The notes under the pieces were generated by a model that was not told the DNA's origin, ran no database searches, and saw only the letters and a program-made list of their open reading frames with translations. From positions 19,344,001 to 19,408,000 of the forward strand of contig CM069143.1 of the NCBI GenBank assembly GCA_035221665.1: a stretch of 64,000 nucleotides of DNA. The letters run 5' to 3'. Numbering within the stretch: position 1 is the stretch's first letter; the number at the start of each line of letters is the position of its first letter. The position numbers were made by a program, and so were the translations under genes. This DNA comes from Okamejei kenojei (taxonomy: Eukaryota). This document shows, piece by piece, positions 25,653 to 40,506 of the stretch.

Positions 25653-27990
25653 ATTTTTTTTAATGTAAAATATTTTTATTAGAAGTAAATACATATTAAG
25701 AAGGAATAACATAAAATCAAAAAAGAAATAACATATTATTCGTCACATACATTCTTAATATTTTTAAAGTTTACAGTCGTTCTTATTTATACTTCTATAT
25801 TTTTTATTATTTTATAACAGAAAGAAAATAGTAAAGAGAAATAATAAAAATAAATAAAATAGAAGTAGAAAATCGATAAAATGAGTGGAGTATAAAGCAA
25901 GATATTCTTCATTGGAGATATATGCATGGTCTATTGTATATAGTTCATTTATTCCTTCATTCAGGCTTCAGTCAGGCCCTCGAACCGGACCTCCTTGACC
26001 CTTTAAGTATTCAATAAATGGAGACCATATTCCTCTGAATTGATCTAGCTTGCCCAAAAGGACAAGTCTTAGTCTTTCCAGATGAAGTGTCTCCGACATT
26101 TCTGTAATCCACATTTTGATTGTGGGGGATGTAGGACCTTTCCAAAATCTTAGTATTAGTTTTTTACCAATTATTAAACTATAACCAATACAAATTATTT
26201 GCTGTATTGTTAGTAGATGATCCGTTTCTATTATTCCTAATATTAATTTTGAGTCTGGAGTCAGATTTGCATTAACTACTTTCGAGATTATGTTAAAAAT
26301 TTCTATCCAAAAATTAGTACATTTTTATACATTTTGTGAATGAATGCGTTAGATTAGCTTTTAAATGCTGACATTTATCACATATAGCAGAAACATTTGA
26401 AAAAATGCTGTTTAATTTGGATATCGAAAAGTGTAATCTATGTAAAACTTTAAATTGTATCAGGGAGTGTCTGGCATTTAATGAGCAGCGGTGTATATGT
26501 TGTAAACTTTCATTCCATACTTCTACACTAATTGTCCTAATTCGTTTTCCCATGCTTGCCTATATATTTCCGAGTTTGGTAAATCATTTTCCAGTAAAAT
26601 ATTATAAATATATTATATTAATATTTCTGTATTCGGATATTTATTTAGACATTCATCTAAAATTTCTGTCTTTCTATTTCTAAAATCCTGTGTGTTTGAT
26701 TTAACATAGTCTCTAATTTGTAAATATCTAAAGTATTCTTTTGAGTGTAATCCATAATTTTGTTGTAATCCCTGAAATGAAAGGAATAAACCTTCCCTGT
26801 TGAGATCACCCATCTTATTTATTCCATAAGTTCTTCCCTTTTAAAAAACCTTTGTCCATCATTGAAGGTTTAAAAGTGATGTTATTTGCAATGGGAAGAG
26901 CCAGCGGTATACTTTCTAATGTTAATGTTTTCTTTAATTGTTTCCAAATACGTATGCCACTTTCTATTATTGGATTTCCTCTATAATTTTTTTAATGTAT
27001 TTTAGTATTAGCAAATAAAATCGAGCTAATTTCAAAAGGTGAACAGTCTTCCTTTTCCATTTTTAACCAGTTTGGTTCTTTATCTACTTCTTCCAACCAA
27101 AAATTCATATTTTTAATATTTACTGACCAATAATAAAACATAAAATTAGGCAATGCAAAACCTCCATTCATTTTTGATTTACATAGATATTTTTTATTTA
27201 TTCTATGGCTCTTATAATCCCAAATAAAGTTGGTAACTATAGAGTCCACTTTCTTAAAAAAAAATTTAGGAAGATATATCGGGATCAGTTGAAACAGGTA
27301 TAATAATTGCGGTAGAAAAATCATTTTTATCGCATTAATTCTACCTAGCATTGAAATAGGTAATGTTTTCCAATATAGGATATTCTTAAGTAGTTTATTC
27401 AATAGGGGTGGGAAATTAGATTTAAATAAAGAATCATATCTTTTTGTTACATGAATTCCAAGATATTTGATTTCTTAATTTGCTATCTTAAAAGGATATT
27501 GTTGTAATATATGTGAGTTATTTCCCATTATTGGCATAAGTTCATTTTTATTCCAATTAATTCTATATCCTGAAATCAATCCAAATTGAGTTATTATATC
27601 TAATATGTTAGGAATACTAATTTCCGGCTTTGTAATATAAAGTAATACATCATCTGCGTATAAAGAGGTTTTATTTTCAGTTTCTTTGGTTTCATACCCG
27701 TATATTTCAGGATGTAATCTGACGCGCTGTGCTAATGGTTCAATTGCCAGTGCGAACAGTAGTGGAGATAGAGGACAACCTTGTCTACAGCCACGGAATA
27801 AATTAAATTTAGTTGTTAACATTTGATTTATTAATATTCTAGCTGTTGGCTTGGTATATAGTAGCTTAACCCATGTTATAAACTTCTCTCCCAACTGAAA
27901 AGTTTCCATAACCGAAAATAAATAAGACCATTCAATCTGATCGAAAGCATTCTCTGCGTCCAATGAAATAATTGATTCTTGGCCACATTT
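25653..27990 (-). mobile_element. L1-clade LINE, RT to 3' end, 5'-truncated
   Basis: SLDAENAFD, GCRQGCPLSP, LYADD, LPISMLGRINAIKM, CDKC..H knuckle; poly-T at ~25653-25680. Confidence 0.92.
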
Positions 27991-28580
27991 AATAAATTCC
28001 ATCCTGTCCAAGCATTATGAGAGACCCAGTCAATATTAGGAAAGTTGAAATCTCCCACGAATACTACCCTATTATATTTGCAGCTCTCTGCAATCTCCCT
28101 GCTCACCTGTTCCTTGAATTCATTCTGATTATTGGGAGGCCTGGGTACAGTCCCATCAAAGTGAACATTCCCATCCTGTTTCTATGTTGTACCCATAACG
28201 CCTCAATGGGCAATCCCCCGTAAATATCGTCCCTAATCAGTTATGTCCTCCTTGATCAAAAAGGCAATGCCATCCTTTCTCTTTTATCTGCATCTCTTAT
28301 CACACCTGTAGCATCTATACCCTGGAATATTGAGCTGCCAGTCCTGCCCTTCTGTCAAATACATTTCTGTCATTGCTATAATGTCTTGGTTACACAAAGC
28401 CAATCAAAGCCCTGAAAGGGCATGATTATATAGAAGGATATACTTGTTTTTAAGAAAAATGGGCACCTCACTATAACTCCTTTCTACGAAGTTCTCCATT
28501 TCCTGGATTTTCGTCCGGCTATCCAGCTGCAACTACACTTTCCTTATGCAGTCCGTCAGGAGCTGCAGCTGGGCACGTTA
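27991..28580 (-). mobile_element. Old CR1 endonuclease-region fragment
   Basis: VVFVGDFNFPNIDW motif. Confidence 0.7.
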
Positions 28581-30395
28581 TTTGAATATAAATTTAGATG
28601 GATTGAATAGTAAGTTTGCAGATGACGCCAAACGTTTGAAGTTTTGGATTGTGAAGGAGGTTGTCAAAGGATACAGCAGATAAAGATCATATGGAGATAT
28701 AGGCAGAGAAATGGCATTTGGAGTTTAATCCAGATAAGTGTGAGGTGCTACATTTTGGAAGGTTAAATGTATGGGGGAGTCAACAGTTAATGGTAAGATC
28801 CTTAGGAACTTTAGTATATAGAGGAATGCAGAACAAAACATAATCCATGATGCTATTGCAGGTTCACTTCAAATTATATATATATTTGTCCAGTAAATGT
28901 GATAATAAATGGGATTTTTCACTGCATAAGCTGAAAATTATCATGCTGCATCAATCATCCATTTGCCTCTACATATGCTGCTTGACTGACTTAATTCTTA
29001 CAGCAGTTCTTTTTGCTCCAGATTCCACCATTTGCAGTCTGTTGTGTCTGCAAATTCTATTATATTTAACTCATTGCAAAATAACAAAAACAAAATATTT
29101 GTAATGTGCTGCCTGAAAATGTTTTAAAAAGCACCAAATTTAAGAATGCATTAAGTGGACATTCCTGTATTTCATCTCTTTTTATTACTCAGTTGTTTTT
29201 CTCATTGACATGACGTAAAGTGTAGAGTTGGAGAACACAACCTGTTGCCAGGTCTTTTAGATTTCTTTTTCAGCTGGGATCATGCCAACTAGTAGAAAAA
29301 TGTCGATGACTTTTCAGGAATGAACTATAAAATACACATTTATGGATTCAGCATACAAAACCAGGAGAGAAGCTCATGTAGGAGTGACATTCAATTGATC
29401 GTATTGCTGCATTTCAACAATGGGGCGATGGAGTGCCTGGGGTGATTTTGACTTTTTGCTGATTTTATAAAGCTGGAATTGCTGACGATCATTCATTTCT
29501 TTAAGTTGTACACATGATTAAGCATTGTATACATGAATAAGCATTGCCAAAAAGATCTGTAGCAATACAAACATCAATACTGAAAAAATTCAGTTTCCAC
29601 ATTCTATCACATTTTTAGTATCACATTGGGAGGCTGTATATAGTTGTTATTCAGAACTGTAAATATTGTTAAGGGAGAATATAAAGGTTTATTAAAAAAA
29701 TGCTGGAAGTACCAAATACATATCCAGAAATAGCAGACACACTATAGCTATTCAATCATTAGCTGTGGGGGGAATAGGACTGGTTATGATTTTTAAACTA
29801 TACGTCATATAGCCATTGTTGGCCAAATTATTGGGCAAACAATTGAAAATTTAATTGAGCCAAATAACGTGACAGGTTGTTGTAGAAGGTCTGAAACAAT
29901 TCCAAATCTGCTTTTCGGCAACAAAACACATAATTTAACTGAAAGGTTGCATCGGCAGCCAGTGGTATTGTCTCCATTTTTTAATTTATTTATGTTGCAG
30001 GATATGGGAAATTGGCCAAGTAGTTCTTTATTGTCCATTTTGAATTGCCTTAGATATGAATCAAATACCGTTTGGGAGTCCAGAGGTAGAAAATATAGCA
30101 TTGATTAATGTAAGCATGTAAGATGGGGTTCCAACAAAAACCTCTTCAAACGTCACAGATGTTACAATGTAATGACTTGTATTGCCAATTTGAGACTGGC
30201 GATGATTGACAGCAGGTCGAAAGTGATGTAACCACGTATAGCTATTATTACCAGACAAGTGATCATTTTAGTCCACACATGGCCCTCCATGATATTCTCA
30301 GCACCCTGCATTCAAGCAAAAACAGAAGATCTTTATCATCTTCAGTGACACGAGGCATAGATATTGTATGACTTTATTGTTCCTATCTTGTCCCT

Positions 30396-31090
30396 TGTGA
30401 CAGCGTCCCTTCCTCGGATGCTGCTCTGATCCCTAACAGTGGCAGAAAGTACAGGAGAGGCCAATCCCCCGCATCAGGAAGAGGGTGAGAGGAGAGGTAG
30501 GAGAGAAAGAGGAAGAAAGATAGAAAGAAGAGAGAGAGGAATGGAGAGAACATGGGACGCCTCCGTGCTAGCTGTGTTCCCCTTTCGCAGGTTCGGAGAA
30601 GACTGAGCCACTGGGACAAACCCAAGACCACCAGCGCCACAGTGTGGTCAGACTAAGGCTGCTATAAAGAAGCCCTAGACAGTCAGCATCTCTTCAGGTA
30701 ATGCAGGGGAAAGCCTGAAAATGCCAGTGCTTCTTCCTGCTCACATGCAATAAAGGGACGTGAATGAGCCAGAGACAGCCAGGTCTGCCTCTACAAACCC
30801 AAAGCTGAGCAGCCAGGATACCCTGAGACCGGCATTGCCTCCTACTCGAGGTAAGGGTGAATAAGAGTAAGCCTGAGATCGCCATGCCTCCTCCTTCGAG
30901 ACAAGAACTGACAGGCCGGGACAAGCCTGAAATGGCCAGAGCCACCATACATGTGATGTGACGACAAGGAACTGTGTCCCCATGTGGTCCTGGATTTTCC
31001 TGTCACTGTCAATAAAACATATCACGTGAGTTCACCCTACTGTGAGTGTAGGTGTAGCCACTGCTGACCTAACGTAATTCCCAACACCAC
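30396..31090 (+). mobile_element. Probable solo LTR
   Basis: ~700-bp GC-richer block starting TG and ending ...CCCAACA. TATAAA at ~30664, AATAAA at ~30749 and ~31011. Exact TSD not established. Confidence 0.4.
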
Positions 31091-31261
31091 ATCACCTAGC
31101 TTCCTATCACCCTTAATTACCGATCGAGTTGTCCATTGTGCCTTGTTACATTCACAATTTTGTTATAATTAAATGAGCTGCTGGTTATACAATTAGCAGT
31201 TTCACACATTCGAACCATCCCTGTACACACCAAAGTGAATAGGATAAAGGTTGCTGCAAAC

Positions 31262-34200
31262 CATAGAAACATAGAAATTAGGTGCAGGAGTAGGCCATTC
31301 AGCCCTTCGAGCCTGCACCGCCATTCAATATGATCATGGCTGATCATCCAACTCAGTATCCCGTACCTGCCTTCTCTCCATACCCTCTGATCCCCTTAGC
31401 CACAAGGGCCACATCCAACTCACTCTTAAATATAGCCAATGAACTGGCCTCAACTACCCTCTGTGGCAGGAGTTCCAGAGACTCACCACTCTCTGTGTGA
31501 AGAAAGTCTTTCTCATCTCGGTCTTAAAGGATTTCCCCCTTATCCTTAAGCTGTGACCCTTGTCCTGGACTTCCCCAACATCGGGAACAATCTTCCTGCA
31601 TCTAGCCTGTCCAACCCCTTAAGAATGTTGTAAGTTTCTATAAGATCCCCTCAAAATCTCCTAAATTCAGAGAGTATAAACCGAGTCTATCCAGTCTTTC
31701 TTCATAAGACAGTCCTGACATCCCAGGAATCAGTCTGGAGAACCTTCTCTGCACTCCCTCTATGGCAATAATGTCCTTCCTCAGATTTGGAGACCAAAAC
31801 TGCACGCAATACTCCAGGTGTGGTCTCACCAAGACCCTGTACAACTGAAGTAGAACCTCCCTGCTCCTGTACTCAAATCCTTTGCTATGAAAGCTAACAT
31901 ACCATTCGCTTTTTTCACTGCCTGCTGAACCTGCATGCCTACTTTCAATGACTGGTGTACCATGACACCCAGGTCTCGCTGCATCTCCCCTTTTCCCAAT
32001 CGGCCACCATTTAAAATAATAGTCCGCTTTCCTGTTTTTGCCACCAAAGTGGATAACCTCACATTTATCCACATTATACTGCATCTGCCAAACATTTGCC
32101 CACTCACCCAGCCTATCCAAGTCACCCTGCAGTCTCCTAGCATCCTCCTCCTCACAGCGAACACTGCCCCCCAGCTTAGTGTCATCCGCAAACTTGGAGA
32201 TATTGCCTTCAATTCCCTCATCCAGATCATTAATATATATTGTAAATAGCTGGGGTCCCAGCACTGAGCCCTGCGGTACCCCACTAGTTACTGCCTGCCA
32301 TTGTGAAAAGGACCCGTTTACTCCTACTCTTTGCTTCCTGTTTGCCAGCCAGTTCTCTATCCACATCAATACTGAACCCCTAATACCGTATGCTTTAAGT
32401 TTGTATACTAATCTCTTATGTGGGACCTTTGTCGAAAGCCTTCTGGAAGTCCAGATATACCACATCCACTGGTTCTCCCTTATCCACGCTACTAGTTACA
32501 TCCTCGAAAAAATTCCACAAGATTCGTCAGACATGATTTACCTTTTGTAAATCCATGCTGACTTTGTCCAATGATTTCACCACTTTCCAAATGTGCTGCT
32601 ATCCCATCTTTAATACTGACTCTAGCAGTTTCCCCACTACCGATGTTAGACTAACTGGTCTGTAATTGCCCGTTTTCTCTCTCCCTCCCTCTTAAAAAGA
32701 GGGGGTGTACATTTGCTACCCGCCAATCCCTCAGGAACTACTCCAGAATCTAAAGAGTTTTGAAAGATTATCACTAATGCATCCACTATTCCTGAGCTAC
32801 TTCCTTAAGTACTCTGGGATGCAGCCTATCTGGCCCTGGGGATTTATCGGCCTTTAATCTATTCAATTTACCCAACACCACTTCCCGACTGACCTGGATT
32901 TCACTCAATTCCTCCTTTGACCCACAGTCCCCTGCTATTTCAGGCAGATTATTTATGTCTTCCTTAGTGAAGACGGAAACCAAAGTAGTTTATTCAATTG
33001 GGTCCGCCATATCCTTGTTCCCAAATGATCAACTCACCTGTTTTCTGACTGCAAGGACCTACATTTGTTTTTAACTAACCTCTTTCTCTTCACATATCTA
33101 TAAAAACTTTTGCAGTCAGTTTTTATGTTCCCTGCCAGTTTTCTTTCATAATCTATTTTTCCTTTCCTAAATTAAGCCTTTGTCCTCCTCTGCTGGTCTC
33201 TGAATTTCTCCCAGTCCTCTGGTATGCTGCTTTTTCTGGCTACTTTGTACGCATCATCCTTTGCTTTGATACTATCCCTGATTTCCCTTGTTTATCCACG
33301 GATGCACTACCTTCCCCGATTTATTCTTTTGCCAAACTGGGATGAACAATTTTTGTAGTTCATCCATGCAGTCCTTTAAATGTCTTCCATTGTATATCCA
33401 CCGTCAACCCTTTTAGAATTAATTGCCAAGTCAATCTTGGCCAATTCACGTCTCATACCCTCAAAGTTACCTTTCTTTAAGTTCAGAACCATTGTTTCTG
33501 AATTAACAATGTCACTCTCCATCCTAATGAAGAACTCAACCATATTATGGTCACTCTTGCCCAAGGGGGCACGTACAACAAACGGCTAATTACCCCTTCC
33601 TCATTACTCAAAACCCAGTCTAAAAATAGCCTGCTCTCTCGTTGGTTCCTCTACATGTTGATTTAGATAACTATCCCGCATACATTCCAAAAATCCTCTT
33701 CCTCAGCACCCCTGCAATTTGATTAACCCAATCTATATGTAGATTGAAGTCACCCATTATAACTGTTTTGCCTTTGTCGCACGCATTTCTAATTTCCCGT
33801 TTGATACCATCCCCAACTTCTCTGCTACTGTTAGGTGGCCTGTACACAACACCCACCAGCGTTTTCTGCCCCTTAGTGTTTTGTAGCTCTACCCATACCG
33901 ATTCCACATCCTCCAAGCTAATGTCCTTTCCTTTCCATTGCTTTAATCTCCTCTCTAACCAGCAACGCTACCCCACCTCCTTTTCCTTTCTCTCTATCCC
34001 TCCTGAATATTGAATATCCCTGGATGTTCAGCTCCCAGCCTACGTCACCCTGGAGCCATGTCTCCGTGATTCCCAACTATATCATAATCATTAATATCTA
34101 TCTGCACGTTCAACTCGTCCACCTTATTACGAATACTCCTTGCATTGAGACACAAAGCCTTCAGGCTTGTCTTTACAACGCATTTACCCCTTATACAATT

Positions 34201-34620
34201 TTGCTGAAAAGTGGCCCTTTTTGATTTTTGCCCTGGTTTTGTCTGCCTGCACTTTTACCTTTCACCTTGCTACCTTGCATCTACCCTCATTTTTTACACC
34301 CTCCTGCCTCTCTGCTCTTGTACCCATCCCCCTGCCACATTAGTTTAAATCCTCCCCGACAGCACTAGCAAACACTCCCCCAAGAACAATTGGTTCCATT
34401 CCATTCCAGGTGCAAACCGTCCTGTTTAGTACCTGGTTTCCCACCTCCTCCCAACAACTGTCCAGTGCCCTAAAAATTTGAATCCCTCCCCCTTGCAACC
34501 ACTTTTCAAGCCACGTATTCATTTGCATTATCCTCCTATTTCTACTCTGCTGGCCCGTGGTACTGGTAGTAATCCGGAAGATTACTACCTTTGATGTCCT
34601 ACTTTTAAGTTTATCTACTG
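31262..34620 (-). mobile_element. CR1 LINE: end of ORF1 esterase region, ORF2 (EN+RT), 3' tail
   Basis: VYRPPNS, MGDFN, SDHN, KSPGPD..HPRVLKE, GVPQGSVLGP, KFADDTK, RPHLEYCVQFW; terminal (CATAGAAA)2 repeat; many small indels. Confidence 0.95.
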
Positions 34621-34939
34621 CGCAAATCCTCTTGAAGCTTACATTTCTATGTAATCTGAGGTAGTGGTGAGCCATTTTTTTCTTGAACCACTGCACTCCT
34701 TGGTGCAAAGTCGTCCATGGTGCTATTGGGGAGACAGTTCCAAGATTTGGATCATCAGTAACAAAATAGTGATTGATTTCAAGTTAGGATGGATTGTGAG
34801 GCTTGGAGAAAAATCTTTTTCCAGCCCAAAGCGAGCGCGCCCGAATACACCCTTGCTCTTGGAGAAAGAAAGATACATCGTTGCAAACCTGTTGGAACTA
34901 CTTGCTAACCAACATTAAGATAGGGAGGTGGGGAAAATC

Positions 34940-35253
34940 TCCCTTCCTCTCACCCCCACCCAACCATTTCCTCCACTAAACAGATGGTTAACTAGTTCCA
35001 CAGCTCACAACATGTATCCCTCTTAGGCTCCCACCTGTCTCGTGCCAACAGTCGGCCTATCAGGGAACCTCCTTGCCTGAGGTCATCTGTTGCCAGCCCC
35101 AAGTTGTCTTCTTTTTTTCTTTGCTTCCAGCTTTTCCCCCATTCTCCCTACCACAATCAATCTGAAGAAGGGTCCCGACCCAAAATCTAACCTATCCATT
35201 CCTTCAGTGATGCTGCCTGACACATTGAGTTAATCCAGCATTATGTGTCAATC
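34940..35253 (+). repeat. Penelope pLTR-derived repeat with degenerate hammerhead core
   Basis: TCTGAAGAAGGGTCCCGACCC...GATGCTGCCTGA...GAGTTAATCCAGCA. Confidence 0.65.
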
Positions 35254-35256
35254 TAA

Positions 35257-35574
35257 TGGGGCTGTCCCACTGTACGAGCTAATTCAAGAGTTCTCCCGAG
35301 TTTCCCCTGATTCGAACTCGGAGAATTACGGTAATAGCCGCTGGTAGGTACTCTGGGCTCTCGTGGACATTTTTCAGCATATTGAAAAATCTTCCCGAGC
35401 TTACCGTGTTTCCCGAGTACCTGCCATTAGCGTTACGAGCCTGTAAGAGATTGACCCCCCCCCCCAGAGATCCCGCAACCCGCAAGACATCTACGGCTTA
35501 CTACGAGGTTGATTTTTTTTTTTTAAACTTGGGAGGAGAGCTCTAGAATTAGCTCGTACAGTGGGATAGCCCCA
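35257..35574. mobile_element. PIF/Harbinger-type MITE (second family)
   Basis: ~28-bp TIR TGGGGCTGTCCCACTGTACGAGCTAATTC; TAA/TTA flanks. Confidence 0.85.
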
Positions 35575-35589
35575 TTAGGCTGCCTTAGA

Positions 35590-36483
35590 TGGGTGACTGA
35601 TCACATTTAGTAAAGACTGTCCAATCATCAAGTTTGTTGAAGACACTTGTGGTGGTGGGCCTGATCTCGATAATGATGAGAGGCTACGGGAGGAGGTGGC
35701 TGATCTGGCACCCTGGTTGTGTGGACACAGCTCTTTCAATGTCACAAAAGCGGACGCTGATTGTGGACTTTAGGCAGGGCTAACATCCAAGGACGTTCCA
35801 TGCACTGGGATTACATGGATTACTTAGGATAGGGTGAGCAGCTTTAAATACTGGGTGTCCACATCACAGAGGAACTGACATGGACAAAACACCTGCCGCA
35901 CTGGTGAGTAAGGCAGGCAGCGCCTTTAACCACCTCAGGCAGCTGAGAAATTCAGAGTCTCTCTGAGGATCCGTCAGTGCTTCTACTCAGGTGTTGTAGA
36001 AAGCATCTAGTCGGTAACATCTCAATCTGGTTGAGGAACAGCTCTGCCCAGGACAGGAAGGCTCTGGCAGGAGTAGTGCATTCGGGCCAAAGCACTATAG
36101 GAAACCACACTCAATCCCCTGCAGGAAAACTATACACCAGGAGGTGCCGATCCCGAGCCAGCAACATAATGGAAGGACCCCTTACAACCCAGCAACGGAC
36201 TGTCACAGCTGTACAGTCAGGCAAGCGCAGCCTCTAGCTGTCACGCAGCGAAAACAGAGAGGTGAGAGGAGTTTCCTCCCACAGGCCATTAGGATAGTAA
36301 ACTAATCTCACCAGGGATTAATTTACTGTTGTGTTGTGTCTTCTTTTAATTTTTTTCTAAAATGTAAATACTGGTTCTGTTATGTTCTGTTGTTTTTGCA
36401 CAATCCACAGGCATTGCCACTTTCATTTCACTGCACATCTTGTATGTGAATGAGACAAATAAAGTTGACTTGACTTGACTTGA
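35590..36483 (+). mobile_element. Rex1-type LINE 3' fragment (RT C-terminus)
   Basis: IIKF.EDT, IVDFR, FKYLGVHIT remnants; AATAAA plus (GACTT)n tail. Confidence 0.75.
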
Positions 36484-39400
36484 ATGTATGTAAAGTTAAA
36501 ATAAGTTGCAGGACTTCCAAATATTGGCTTTTCCCAGTGGCATTAATTGTTTTTAACAAACATAAAAACCTCACCCATATTTATTGAATATTTTGGTAAT
36601 TTGTGTACTTTTCTCTGATGCACAAATAATGCTCTGCACAATTTTATTTTGAGATTATGGATAATAAAAATTGAAATGTACCGTGCTTAAGAATTTGGAG
36701 GTGAATTGTGGAATAAAAACCTGAATTCATAGTTAATTTAGATATTCAATAACTAAGAAAAACTGCAATTAGTAATAAATTGTTAATATTGAAAATTGTA
36801 CGGATGTTTGTGGCTGAGGCTTTTCAATAACAAATACTTCTAGCTCATTGTGCCTTGTACATTTGAGTATAGATATCAAATAACAACTGGCTTTCAAAGC
36901 ATATTGAGATGAATGAACAAGTTTATTGTCAGTGAATGATCTTCTTGCAATACCATTTATGAATGACTCTCACCCTGAAAGACTTTCAACTTACGAAAGC
37001 CAATCATCGTCGTTGAGTATTCAGGAACTGAGTCTCTATAAATTTTCTTCAGCTTTGAGCGTTAGCTTTGTTTAAGACGATGCAACTTTTTGGGTAGAGA
37101 GGACAACAGAAAGCTGTTAGTATATCTCATGAACGGATATATTCTAAGCGTTTATGTTCAATAGTCTGTGCTTGAGACAATTCAACAAACAAATTTAATA
37201 TCCTCAATGTGGGATTGAGGCCAAATATGAACGGTGGTGATAATATGTTTACCTTTTGGTTTCTAATTGCTAATGAATATTACCTATTCCAAAAGATGAA
37301 CCCTTGTATGATTCATTGAGTGGCACCGGACCAACCTATCAGCACGCTGAAATGAATCTTCTGAATTGTAATAAGGGTACAGTGTTAATGTTTATGTGCT
37401 ACGTCATCAAAATCTGGATATCTGTAATGTGCAGTTCAAATTGTGCAGATGAAATGGGCAGGAATTCTACTAGGGATAAATCATATAACAGAAAAAAAGC
37501 CACAAATGCTGGCGAACACTCAGCAGGTCAGTATCTCACCAGTTCTTCTGTTGCCCGCCATATGGAGATAAGGTGGAGTAGATATAATTCTACTTCTAGT
37601 CGATTGGGTCTAGTGATGAAATAGAGTCACAGTGATGAAATAATGACACACCACTTGCTGAGTACATTTCAGTTTTGCAAGAGACTAAGATTATGTGAGT
37701 TAGTTTGTGACGATTAAAACTGCTGAACAAGTATAATCTAGCTATCTATTTTCTTTTTGTGTTTCTGCTTTGTTGTTTAGAAGTAGGTTAATTCATTTTA
37801 TTTATGATCAGTCTTCAAGTTTAAAGCTTTCATTCTGATAGGCAGAAACAAGCATTTTGATGTCCTACTTAAGCGGCCCAATATCCACATAGAAACCTTT
37901 TTTAATTTTTTTATGATTGAAGAAATAGATACCAGAAAGATCTCTAATCTTCAAGTATAATTTTAAAAATATACAGTTGCTTGAAAGTACATGAAGTTGA
38001 AAGTTTTGATTAGAGGATTGGTAAATTTTGTACAAAGCAACTTAAAAGAAGAAAATCATGATCACACACAAACCATGAAGAAATACTAAATGTTTAATTA
38101 TTGTCACTGGTATTTTAGAAGAAAATGCCAGAAGGGAAGAATAATTGTTACATACATGTTGATCAAGTAAAATAAATTAACCCTGGAATCATAGTCCCAA
38201 ATTCATGCATTGGAGTATTGAAAGATAATAGTCCTCAAACTGCTTTGACCTTAAGAATGACACATGTGGATAAAATGCAGCTGGGCTATTGTCTGTAAGA
38301 CAGTGAGTATGTGCCATGGGATTTATTTGTATGTTTTTGTGCAAATTTTTTGTCATGGGAGCCGCTGTGCAAACAGTAGTTTCTGATAGCACCTGCTTCT
38401 ATTCAGGGAGTATGTGAGGGCTTTCTTTTGCAGAGCTTCAGTAGCCATTCCATTCAACCTTACACAAAGAAACCGCATAAAGGGTGCATTCCAGTGACGC
38501 TTAAATAAACCAAAACCATCAACAAGGGAAAGACACGTAAATATTGGCCCAGTTTATCTGCTGTTGTCCTTTATCGGGTTACATCTGGACCTTGTGTTAG
38601 TATGATTACTGCACTCTTTGTAGGCAGGCTGTTTTTCAGACACACTGTAAAAATGTCTTTAGTTCACTATTGCTTGTTATAATTTGCTTATAAATTGCTG
38701 ATTTAGGCTTTGCGTTTTCTGTAAAATTGCAAAAAAGAGTCGTTGATGCTGTGAGGTTAACTATGCCATGAACTGGGAATTATCTTGCACAATGGCAACC
38801 TAGTAATTAACAAATTTGCTAATTAGAAATAAAGGATTACAAGAGTCATGTGGAAACTATCATAGCCCTCTCAATGCATTTCCAACTAGTAGATTATTTT
38901 TGGAATAAAAGATTGAGGCTGAATTCACCATGGCAAATTTACATTTGCAAATAAAATAGACAAGATAACTTTATCTGTACAGATTCTGTTTCAAAATAGC
39001 ATTTGGAATTTGTTCCAGTTTTTTTTTAACATGGCTTGCATCAAACTCCAAATTTAATTTAACTGTACTATCTTTTACTTTGTGCATTTTATAAGCTAGC
39101 ACATTTCCACTTTGATACATGTTCTTACTGGCACGTTTCAATGTACCCATTATCTCTGTTATCTGGTATATTAGTTAATTAATGCTTCAGTTTTAAAACT
39201 CCCACATTTGATTTCAATGTATTATAAAAAAATCTACTTTTTGCTCAAATTGAAAAATGTGCTTTGATCTGTTTATTTGTAATGCATGAATAAGCCACTT
39301 GGAACAAAATTACATCTTTGTGATGTAAGCACCATGTTTTGGTGAGTTTTGGTTAAGACCAGATTAAAATACATGAACCCTTCTTTTGGATCTTCAAGAT

Positions 39401-40506
39401 AAGAGTTTGCACCATTTTCTGAAAAGTCCAAGATTCACCACAAAGAAAACCTGCAGTTTTGTGCAAATCAACAGGGGTGGAGAAAATTGGCATAAAAAAC
39501 CACAATCAGCACCAGAGAATTGTTCCTACGTGTGCTTATCATAAGAGTTTGATTTTTTTTTAAAGCTCTGGTCATGAAGTAAAAGCTGAATTAGCAGAAA
39601 ATACCCCCAAATATTACATTGACACTTCCAAGTATAGGCTCAGTGGTGTATTTGGGTGGATACTGGTAGGTCAGTTCAAAGAGAGGTGGGAACTGCAGGC
39701 AGGAACAATTGTTTGAGTATGCAGCAGTCATTCTTCAGGCAGCACTCATCAGATTTAAAGGACATGGATAGGTGACTTTTGAGACGGGACTACATTGAAT
39801 CAGTCTCTAGAAGGGTCCTGACTCGAAGCGTCACCTATCCATGTTCACTAGGGATGCTGCCCAATCTGCTGAGTTACTCCAGCATTTTATCAACCCCACA
39901 ATCTCTTTCCTTTCAAATACTTATCCAACTCCCCTTTGAAAGCCGTAACTGAACCTTCCTTCGGTACTTTCCTTTGTAGTACCCTCCAGGTCCCAACCAC
40001 TCATTACGTATGTAAAAATTAATAGATATTACTTCCTCTTCATTTTTGATTCTCTTGTCATTTGCCTTTTTTCTATAACAGATCATTTTGACCCTTCTGC
40101 AAATAAGAACGGTTTCTCTCTCCAGATCTCTATTCTTTATAAAGAACAGATTTGCACAATTTCCTGGTCCGCACAACTAAATTCACTTGTTAGTGGAATC
40201 ATTCTGATAAATGTTCCACGCACTCCCCAAGTAAAAATGTAAATTAAGTAAAAGAGTAAAGCTTCTGCATTTGAATATCGTACATATGGCCAGAAAAGTG
40301 TTTTTTTGCAGGTTGCTAGAGAGGCATCACTGAAATGTAAACTACAACATAATGTTATTAGCAGCACTCTAAATGGAACATGGCTTTTGCCAACAGGGCA
40401 GCTGGAAGTCTCTTATACTGATCAGTGAAAAAGGTTTGTTGCTGTGCTGACTGCTCTGCTCTTTCTTTGCTGGTAGTCAAACATGCTGCCCCACAAATTT
40501 GAAACT

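Noticed and set aside
27475-28106. Chimeric EN-RT ORF as a novel fused retroelement
   Set aside because: Explained by a 5'-truncated L1 abutting an older CR1 fragment; the frame continuity is incidental.
32400-36300. Dense frameshifts in otherwise young-looking CR1/Rex sequence as programmed recoding
   Set aside because: Scattered 1-bp indels, often in homopolymers, fit long-read consensus error or neutral decay.
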